From NCBI RefSeq assembly GCF_000143415.4, contig NW_003314661.1:1-7768 (forward strand): DNA of 7,768 nt, written 5' to 3'. Positions 1 to 7,768 of the stretch are shown piece by piece. The stretch's first letter is position 1; every line of letters begins with the position of its first letter. The notes under the pieces are model-generated. The model was not told the origin of the DNA. It did not search any database and worked only from the letters and a program-made list of their open reading frames with translations. This stretch comes from Selaginella moellendorffii. Taxonomy: Eukaryota > Plantae > Lycopodiophyta. Position numbers and translations under genes: made by a program.

Positions 1-1007
1 TGAATGTCTAAAGAAATAAATCTTCTTATCTTCTAGCATATACTTAAGACAAAATCATCTTCATATCTATAGCATATATGATTTTCACCTTTTAATTACT
101 ATAGGATAGCAATGGAACAGACCTAACTTTTGAGATATGTGTGCTAAGGGCAACACCTAAGTTTTAGGGCTTTAGGCCACTAAACAAAATGATAGAATCA
201 AACTCCTAAGCATATGCCTAATGAACAAAAAAATAAAAGTATGGAACAACTCTTGAATATGCAACTAAGGAGCGATGAAACAGGAGCACAAAACAACATT
301 AAAATAGTCTTAAAACTTTTAGCATCCCAACATTAAAACAAACATGTAAAACAAAGCTAAAGCATTATTTCAACATATTAATGGTCTAGCGCAAGGATAT
401 AAATACTCCACTAGCTAACATGGTATGGATCTTAAGCTTAGACCTAAGCCAAATGTAAAATAAAGATAGACACACCTAATAGGAAGCTGTCCCCCCTCCC
501 CATCCCCCAAGAATATTAGAATTAAATCTTGATAAAAATGAATTATAGAAAAGTTTAACAGCAAGAAATTATAACCCTTAGAATGAGGAATATTTTATTA
601 TATATTAAATATTTTAGGTATATGCTTTACACTATATTTTCTAAAGTAAACTAAAAATGCTATGCATACTATTGTTGCTCTATTAGTTACTCTACAACAA
701 GATTATAAAACAAATTTTGCACTAGCCATTGTGTAATCTTTTGAAGTTCATCATTTCCAAGGGATCCAAGTGATTAACTATAATTGAAAAATAATATATC
801 AGAGACATATTTTCTTATAATTTATTTATAATTTAGAGCAAATTTATTTATTATTATTATTATATTGCTAGCTATATAATAAATAATGCTGTAAGCAAAA
901 TTCATTTTTAAGTTACTGTATACTTCCTTATTTATTTTATATTACATCTAGATTAGAAATAAAACAAAAATAATTAATAACTTCCCGATCCAGAGCGCAG
1001 ACCATAC

Positions 1008-1051
1008 TTGAGCTCACGAGTTGAACAGTTGAGCTCATGAGTTGAGCTCAA
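1008..1051. repeat. Three TTGAGCTCA palindromic motifs (possible terminal/subterminal repeats)
   Basis: TTGAGCTCA at 1008-1016, 1029-1037 and 1042-1050. The first two extend to TTGAGCTCAYGAG; 1042-1051 TTGAGCTCAA is a perfect palindrome. Confidence 0.85.
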
Positions 1052-2493
1052 TTTTCAATTATAATTTAGTACAAACATTATAAACTTTAAAATTTTAAAG
1101 TTATGGTGAACTTAATAATTTCATAACTCTTTATATATTATATAGATAAAAATGTTCTAAAGGACACTTCTTGTTTGAATAATTTAAATATTTACTACAT
1201 GCAATGATAGAGACGTTTGTTAGAACATAAAATAAAATGTTTGCAAAAAGAGTATTCTTGTCACTTCTTTAAATTTGTACTCTGTGCTTTCTAGCTAGTA
1301 AATGTCAAGTTCATTAGAATTTTAAAATTATTAAATTTGAATTAAGATTATATATAAGGACATATAACCATTTGAAAGGAAAAAAAAAACAACTATGATA
1401 GTACATATGCTCTTATAATACATTGCAACATCATGCACCCAAAAGACTATTATGTCTTGAATGTCTAGAATTTCTGGAAAGTCTTAAATGGCAATTATGT
1501 ACTCTCCACCTTTTGTTTTGACTATGTACTCCTTTGCAAACGCAATGATGTACTTTGTGGAGAGAATCTCATACTCAAGTGTTTGAGCCAAGTTTATTTT
1601 ACCTTGCTTCTACTTGGAGATGGTACCAATAAATTTAACTGCCTTACCTTTCAAGATTAAAACTAAATTTCTCAAGGTTTTCAATCTCATCCGAGGTGAG
1701 CGCAACCCCATTAGCAACCGGCCATTCTTTAGGTACTGCATCAGGTTTAGTCTCTATAGTGTTTTCAAGCCACTTTGTATGGTTGACATCAATGTTGTAA
1801 CAATATAACCAACACCATCTTGAAAATTCTACTTACTTTCGTTCCCCATAGAAATATGGGGTTGGAATAGAAGCAGACTTGTCACCACGGATCCAAGCCC
1901 AACACTTGCCTCTCAAAAGCATCCCCACACACCTTACATTTGATTTTGCTGGCACTCGATGGATTGCCCATTGCTTCGGTTCTATGCTACGATAAGCAAT
2001 TTCAACTTGTTGTGATGCACTTTCTTCATCAGCCACTTGAGGTGGCTCGGTTCGGGGGTGATGTCTTGAAGCAGAATGATACTCAACATCAAGCTTGTGA
2101 GAGCTTTTTGCTCCAAGATCTGTGCTAACATCTTCACCAACAAAGGAAAAGCGACGCTTTGAGCGGACGGTCTTCATATCACCAATAGAAGCCCAGGGAG
2201 TGTACTCCATAGATGTTCCACAGACCACTTCCTCCACTGCAGTTGCCACTGTTTGTGCTGGTGGAGTCACTTTCTTCTTGTAACATCTCAACCGAAAGTC
2301 CTGTTCCCATGTATCTTCCTTCCTCAAATGCCAAGGCTTTTGAAGGCTGCTCTACAACGTGTATCAAATTTGATAGACATGCTTCATATAAACTCATTTT
2401 CCCTTTCCCTGCCTCAGAGGAATGCCAACTCCAATATTTACTCTTTGAGAGATTCAAAGTTGGGGTGTATGCAAGATCTTTAAGTAGTTGATC

Positions 2494-2551
2494 CTTATAA
2501 AAAGATGATATTAAAAAGCAATAAAAAGAGAGGAAAAAATGAAAAACCAAT
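2494..2551 (-). other. Probable 58-nt intron with decayed donor (AT..AG)
   Basis: Minus strand cag|attggt...T-rich...ttttataag|gat. Removal joins QWGHHSFQ to DQLLKDLAYTP in frame. Confidence 0.6.
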
Positions 2552-2864
2552 CTGAAAAGAGTGATGTCCCCATTGGAACATTCTAACTTCCCACCACCCC
2601 AACCATGACTCAAGTTGTGGTAGACAACTTACGTCAGTATGGCTATTTTTATGCCACCACATTCAGATCTTGTTTGTTTTTGCTTTGTGCTCTTCTTCAG
2701 AAGGTACAACCTGCCATTGTTTGCACAACTCTTTAAATGCTAATTGGAAATCTGGCTTGATAAGGTGGATAAACTCGTAGGGATAAATCCATTTTAGTTC
2801 AAGGATTGAGTTGATTTTTTATTGGAGTTTCCCCTCTTGAGATTCACACATCCAAGATTTTATC

Positions 2865-2924
2865 CTAAATAAAACAAAATGTAAGAGAGATATTATTGAA
2901 AAGTATGTAATAATATTTTCATAC
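2865..2924 (-). other. 60-nt GT-AG intron of the transposase
   Basis: Minus strand gag|gtatga...ttttatttag|g, very AT-rich. Removal gives SLRRIKSWM in frame. Confidence 0.75.
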
Positions 2925-4053
2925 CTCCTGAGGCTAGTTGCAAGTTGCACATGTCGTAGTAACTCCCGCAAGCTAGTCTCATCCAGTTGAGTATTCTTGC
3001 AGTTCGGATCAAGTAAAGTGCTTGTGATAAAATCCTTAAACACTGTCATTTGAACATGCTTTAGAGTTGCAAATGAGTTTCTTACAGTCTCTATTTGCAT
3101 TGCATCTTTGAAACGGTTGACTGAACTCCTTTGTATCCCTTCCTGCATTGGATGTGTGTGCATGCCAATATGTACTGCAACTCTACCAGCCTCTCCATCC
3201 CATGGAAGAAAATAGTACATCTTGGCCCCGTAGATGGCACAACACAATGGAGCATTCTTGCAAAACTGACACTTGAATCCAACACCAATGGTGTCACAGA
3301 TGAGAGGATTGGTTGCAGATCCTTCAAAAAATATGGAGTTTTTTACCACGCTCTCAATTGCATGCTTTATTCACACAATCCAAATACCCACCACAATGAA
3401 CCATGGACACTGTGCCTTTGAAATGCTGGAAATATGTGGTCTTAATCTTGCACCAGTTGTGAAAGTCCTGCTTCGTCTCCATCCCCTTTTGTTTTGAGCT
3501 GACAAAAGGTGGTAGTTCAAAGAAGATATTGCCATTGTATGTAGATGGGAGCTCGCTAACGGGCCTATCCAAAAAGGAACACACAATAGAGAGGTGCGAA
3601 AACTGGAAAGCATTGCAAACAACTTTGAATATCAGTGAAGTTCGAGTTTGGAAATTCTTAGCTTGCACTAGACTAAAATCTCCATTAGAACTAGAATAGG
3701 AAGAAATGATGACGACCGAATCTTGCTTCACATTCACTTTGGCAGGATTGCAGCCTCGCACTTTAATTGGAGATCCAAAAACTCGAATCTCCTTTGACTT
3801 GGAATGTTGTAAATCCCAATGTTGTCCACCTTCACCTACACCTAAAAGAAGAAACTCCGATTGTTCAACTACACCAATGTTGTTGCGAATCACAGCCTCC
3901 AATGAAATAGAACTAAGAGAAAGATCAAAACGTCGGCAAAGAAAACTTTCTGAAATAAGACTTTGAGAGAAAAAAAGCGGTGGGTGATTTTGGTAATGCA
4001 AAAGGAAACTCTCCATTTTGTTGCCTTTAAGTTTTGGAACTTTAAACTTTTAT

Positions 4054-4341
4054 AAAGAAATGTCACCTCAAACATGTGCTATGCCATTATGTGAAAAGAA
4101 AGGGCGATTTTATTCTAGGATCTAACATTGAATAATGTTGTTATAATAAATTCTATATGAAGTATATAGGACTATGTTGTACAATATTAAAAGTCTGTAT
4201 ACATTGAATTCAAAAACATGCTCAAATTTATTATATGGACTAACTTTTGGTAGAACGGAAAGAAATATCACCTCAAGCATATGCCATAATATGAAAGATA
4301 TGAATGATTTTATTCTAGGATCTACCATCAACTAACTGTTG
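4054..4341. repeat. Imperfect ~85-bp direct repeat, two copies ~200 bp apart, in the divergent intergenic spacer
   Basis: 4054-4140 (aaagaaatgtcacctcaaacat..atgccattatgtgaaa..gattttattctaggatcta..tgttg) versus 4259-4341 (aaagaaatatcacctcaagcatatgccataatatgaaa..gattttattctaggatcta..tgttg). Confidence 0.85.
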
Positions 4342-4843
4342 CCAAACAAATTAAATATTGTACATATTTTCAGTACTTCATTAAAGCCAGAAATCGTCAT
4401 ATTCTTCTGAACTCATTTAAATATATTCCATCTTTGTAATACCATCTATCACCTATAGTAAATTATCTATATACATTGCTTTGGAAATAACACCTTACAA
4501 TTTAATAATCTTATATTTTCTGACAAGATACTATTACTTGCAAGAAATACATAATTCTCATTTATAATTTCGTACTATCATCAATTCAACACATGCATTT
4601 GTGACATTATTTCACATTATAGCATAGTCATATTAAAGCACACCTCCATTATTAAATTACAACTCAAAAGGACTTTGTCACGTGATCAAATCTAGGATAG
4701 AATAGAAATTGTACATTGCTAGCAAATATTTGCAGAATGTAATGAGAGTGGGAGATTGGGAGTGACTATGGGATCCATCAGCGATGAACAGAATGCCGCC
4801 AAGAGTAAGTTTTTTACTCCTCCACTCCCACACCACGTCCAGT

Positions 4844-4969
4844 GCCGCCACTACCTAGGGCCGCCGCTGCCCATCACCGTCATGCCCAGTGCTGCCGCGC
4901 CCACGCCATGCCATGCCCAGCGCCGCCACTGCCCAGGGCTGCCACTGCCCAGGGCCACCGCTGCCCAGC
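4844..4969. repeat. GC-rich 16-bp minisatellite (consensus GCCGCCACTGCCCAGG)
   Basis: Copies at 4844-4859, 4860-4875, 4922-4937, 4938-4953 and 4954-4969, with degenerate copies between. Confidence 0.85.
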
Positions 4970-4980
4970 AACACCGATGC

Positions 4981-5350
4981 CAAGTGCACAGGCCGGGCAT
5001 TTGGCCCGGACTCCAGCCGGGCAGGCCATCGGTACACCAGCGAATCGGCACNNNNNNNNNNNNNNNNNNNNNNNNNNNNNNNNNNNNNNNNNNNNNNNNN
5101 NNNNNNNNNNNNNNNNNNNNNNNNNNNNNNNNNNNNNNNNNNNNNNNNNNNNNNNNNNNNNNNNNNNNNNNNNNNNNNNNNNNNNNNNNNNNNCCCACGT
5201 CAAGTGCCCGACCTAGGCAGTTGGACTTGGTGCTGGGAGGAGGGCCGGTTTGCCAGCGAATCGGCCCGCGCCAAATGCCCAGCCAGGGCACTTGGACTTG
5301 GCATTGGGAGGAGGGCTAGTTCGCCAGCGAACTGGCTCCTATGCCAAGTC
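4981..5350. repeat. GC-rich ~71-bp tandem repeat spanning the assembly gap
   Basis: Units begin caagtgc/caaatgc at 4981, 5201 and 5272. The shared core ccagcgaa is at 5037, 5253 and 5324. Units 5201-5271 and 5272-~5343 share ttggacttgg..tgggaggagggc. Confidence 0.85.
5052..5193. other. Assembly gap (142 N)
   Basis: Run of N characters. Confidence 1.
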
Positions 5351-5559
5351 CACGCCCCAAAGTCCTCGCTTCTTATGCATTTTTAATTTATATTATTTTC
5401 AGAAACGAAAGCAACTACAAAAGGAGAAGGATGTTGGATCAAAGAGAAGACATGAGGAAGATGAGATGCAAGACGACAATCAAGTTGACCTTCAGATAGA
5501 GATTTCCACAGCGACAACTCTGCCGTCTTCACAACCAGATAGCTCTAGTCCACATGCAC

Positions 5560-5730
5560 CCCCATTTTTGCCACCACCACCATCGATGCCACCACCACCA
5601 TTACCACTGCCACCACCATTGCCACCTCTACCTTCATCACCACCATTACCACCACCGTCATCACCACCATTACCACCAATGCCATCATCGCCATTATTAC
5701 CACCACTACCGCCACCATCATCACCACCAG
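5560..5730 (+). repeat. Degenerate (CCA)n low-complexity tract encoding polyproline
   Basis: ccaccaccacca.. translates to PPFLPPPPSMPPPPLPLPPPLPPLPSSPPLPPPSSPP.. in the gene's frame. Confidence 0.9.
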
Positions 5731-6900
5731 CAGCGCAATTGTTGTCACTACCATTGCAGCCACAACCACAAATGCCACTACTCTTAACATATTCACAAAA
5801 TATGGCAGAAACTAACTACATTACAAAGTAGTGCCCAAGTGCGCCTGACGGGGGTGTTAGGCCCAAGCTGAGGGTTAGATCTGATAATGGTGCTACTGGA
5901 GGTGTAGCTGAATCTGAAAGAGAAGTGGAGTTACTTAAACACATTGTAGACAAGTGCTTCCAAGAGACAGTTTTGAGAACCAAAGAAAAGGCCATTCACA
6001 CGACTCTAGAGTTTCTCAAGTGGGAAGGCCCGGGAGACATAATCCGAGAAATCCCATTATGTCTATTCACTCAGACAAGCATCATTCGGTCTGCTTCACC
6101 ACACTTCATCAACATGAACATCTATAGTCTGTACAAACATAATGGCCTTGGGACAAACATAGGTATGTTCCTTGTTTGGGTCTTCAAGCCAGGAACGACA
6201 AATACCCTCTCGGTGTCACCAGAAATCGAGAGGGTTTGGGATGACATTTGGAAAATGAAGTCCCGCAAATTTGACAACATGCTTATGAGCCATCTTGAGA
6301 CTCAACAATTTGTGGGGAAAATGTTCTACATTATCGACAGGAATCATCGCTGGTGTGCGTAGATAAAGTGCATCAATGAATGCTTCCGAGACAATCCTAT
6401 CTATCACATCAATGTTCCGGTTGGACATGTACATACGAGAGGATCTCTAGATGTGGCAAGGCTTGTGATAGCTTGCCACAAAATTAATGCATAGGTACCA
6501 CTCCCTCTTCAATCACTTTTAACAATTTGTGTTTTGCAAGTTAGGATAGTTTGTAGTGCAGAAACGAAGCCTAGTACATGATATTGAGCAAATCCGGTTT
6601 CTTGCCAATCTCAACGAGGATGCAGTCTGCAGCCATTATGGTGATGATTTAGCATTACTTATTCGGCATCATCGAGGTCGTCAAGATGCCAATAGATGGT
6701 ACAAGAATCCAATGGCTTTTATAACAGCTGTGTCTAGCACCTTTTATAGGGGATGATCTTGAGCAATTTCCATTCAAGGACTTCATCACCACTAAGCTTA
6801 TAAAACTCGGAGAGGACTGGCTGCCAAAGAAGGCCACAAGCACGACTCCATTTGATAAACAACTTGGCCAACTTTATTTCATGCGTCGAGCGGCTTTTAG

Positions 6901-6950
6901 GTAACATACAATTTCTCAACTATACTCAATTTGTTTATATTCTATTATAG
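6901..6950 (+). other. 50-nt GT-AG intron
   Basis: ttttag|gtaaca...tctattatag|g, AT-rich. Removal joins RRAAFR to YL*YRGVP.. in the frame of ORF 7015-7245. Confidence 0.7.
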
Positions 6951-7641
6951 GTATCTCTAATATAGAGGTGTTCCTCTCGAAACACCGGTATGCACACGAC
7001 TCCTGAGGCATGGTGTGAGAGATGGAGGCATGTACCCGACAACAATGAAGTTTCCAGTGGCAATAAAGCAAGCTTGTCCTTGGGAATTAGAGATGCCAGA
7101 TTATACACCAACCCACCAAGAGGCTACAAGAGGCAACAATGAAGACATGCCGAATGACAAAGATGATGGCCATGAGAATGTCAACACTGTTGGTGCCAAT
7201 GGCGAGGAGACTGAAGATGGCGGTCATAATGATTTGAAACTTTAAAATTTTCATATAAAAACTATGAAGTTCTTTATTTTGCCTCATATCTAGAACTGGA
7301 AGAGTATCAAGTAAAATTTGAAAAACAATATAAAACTGAGAAACTCTATATTATCCTATAAATTACAAGGATTAACACTGACAAAGAGTCTAAAATTAAC
7401 ATCATTAATCTAGAGGGCACAAAATCCAACTTCTGGACATGTTTTAAGATTGATGTCATGATGGTTAAACACTAAACAACTTAAAAGAGCTAAAGATTGT
7501 TCTAGCTATTTGAAAACTTGCCTCAATCTAACCAAGCACCTAGCTTCATTATTTGTTATTCTTTGCATTCAAGTATGCAAAGAAATCAGTAGAATTGAAC
7601 GATTGGTTCCTCAAGGTATGAAAAAAACAAACCTGGATCAA

Positions 7642-7644
<3 letters not shown>

Positions 7645-7682
<38 letters not shown>

Positions 7683-7693
7683 CTCTCTCTCTC
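7645..7693. repeat. Compound microsatellite (AT)18 followed by (TC)6
   Basis: Read directly: 7645-7680 AT repeat, 7682-7693 TC repeat. Confidence 0.95.
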
Positions 7694-7768
7694 CATTTGA
7701 CTCATCCTTTCTATAATTTTGCAGACTCGTCAAAAAAGGGGAACTCATTCACCCTGTACCACAACAGA

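Larger units (their letters stand above)
1472..4016 (-). pseudogene. MULE/Mutator-like transposase pseudogene with GCM/WRKY-like zinc domain, internally deleted
   Basis: Joining ORFs 3354-4016, 2819-3349, 2179-2613 and 1833-2327 with manual translation gives: ELPSTYNGNIFFELPP..GMETKQDFHNWCK..HCGGYLDCVNKAC..CQFC..C..HIGMHTHP; IKPDFQLAFKELCKQW..I*MWW..LESWLGWWEVRMFQWG; TPTLNLSKS..MSLYEACLSNL..GRYMGTG; QWAIHRVP..C..C..PTPYFYG; PDAVPKEWPVANGVALTSDEIENLEKFSFNL; EYIIAI*DFPE. The motif order matches my recollection of SWIM-containing MULE-type proteins from mosses and lycophytes. Lesions: frameshifts near 3355, 2280 and 1648; stops at 2819-2821, 2663-2665, 1833-1835, 1610-1612 and 1484-1486. Confidence 0.75.
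4805..5402 (+). other. Intron 1 of the plus-strand gene (repeat-filled)
   Basis: Consensus donor aga|GTAAGT at 4805 and acceptor ttattttcAG| at 5401-5402. The join is in frame and gives MPPRKRK. Confidence 0.7.
981..7245. mobile_element. Putative degenerate two-gene MULE-like DNA transposon (transposase plus divergent ParB-like gene); boundaries uncertain
   Basis: Two head-to-head pseudogenes with similar decay (stops, frameshifts, deletions). A GC-richer palindromic cluster lies ~420 bp beyond the transposase 3' end. No matching right-hand TIR or target-site duplication was found in the window. Confidence 0.5.
4793..7245 (+). pseudogene. Pseudogene for a nuclear protein with Pro-rich linker and ParB/Sulfiredoxin-like domain
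   Basis: Exon 4793-4804 (MPPR; alternative in-frame ATG at 4784) splices in phase 0 to 5403 (KRKQLQKEK..). One frame runs 5403-6491 with TAG stops at 5829-5831 and 6360-6362 and includes IREIPLCLF..IIR and GKMFYIIDRNHRWCA*IKCI. Later segments: SLVHDIEQIR..WYKNP (~6562-6729), DDLEQFPF..RRAAFR (6750-6900) and YL*YRG..ACPWELE plus acidic tail (6951-7245). Confidence 0.7.

Noticed and set aside
1-10. tgaatgtcta also found at 1458-1467 (possible TSD)
   Set aside because: Lies at the window edge with no associated termini; a 10-bp AT-rich match can occur by chance.
121-180. Telomere-like tttaggg/cctaa words
   Set aside because: Scattered single words, not a tandem array.
491-508. C-rich tract (polypurine tract or G-quadruplex on the minus strand)
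   Set aside because: Not followed by a TG LTR start, no retroelement ORF nearby, and only three G runs.
1083-1102. 20-bp perfect palindrome aactttaaaattttaaagtt
   Set aside because: Almost all A/T in very AT-rich DNA, so plausibly chance.
1614-3966. Short plus-strand ORFs opposite the transposase
   Set aside because: Antisense shadow frames with no recognisable motifs.
4981-5350. CRISPR-like array
   Set aside because: Whole units are similar with no unique spacers, there are no cas genes and the context is eukaryotic.
4756-5386. Multiple overlapping ORFs on both strands across the GC-rich region
   Set aside because: They arise from stop-poor GC repeats and the N gap, and lie inside the predicted intron.
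5545-5796. His-rich (+) and Val/Met-rich (-) ORFs
   Set aside because: Alternative frames of the (CCA)n tract. Only the Pro frame continues into the ParB-like region.
5250-5831. Extensin/formin-like call for the Pro-rich ORF
   Set aside because: No signal peptide or FH2 domain; it has a basic NLS-like start and is in frame with the downstream domain.
7510-7716. 68-aa ORF with IYIYIY
   Set aside because: Read-through of the (AT)n microsatellite from a non-ATG start.

Overview
AT-rich eukaryotic DNA, probably from a seed-free land plant (inferred from 50-67 nt introns and the protein families; Selaginella-like is a guess). Two decayed, intron-containing genes diverge from a ~770 bp spacer. 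On the minus strand (4016 to ~1472) is a Mutator/MULE-like transposase pseudogene with an N-terminal GCM/WRKY-type Cys/His zinc module; its catalytic core and SWIM finger appear deleted. On the plus strand (4793-7245) is a pseudogene reconstructing to MPPR|KRK (NLS-like), a polyproline linker, a ParB/Sulfiredoxin-like domain (FYIID[G>R]NHR) and an acidic tail. Its first intron holds GC-rich 16-bp and ~71-bp tandem repeats around a 142-nt N gap. A cluster of TGAGCTCA palindromes at 1008-1051 may mark an element end. Best reading: a relic two-gene MULE-like DNA transposon carrying a ParB-like accessory gene. Family assignments come from manual translation and remembered motifs, not database searches.
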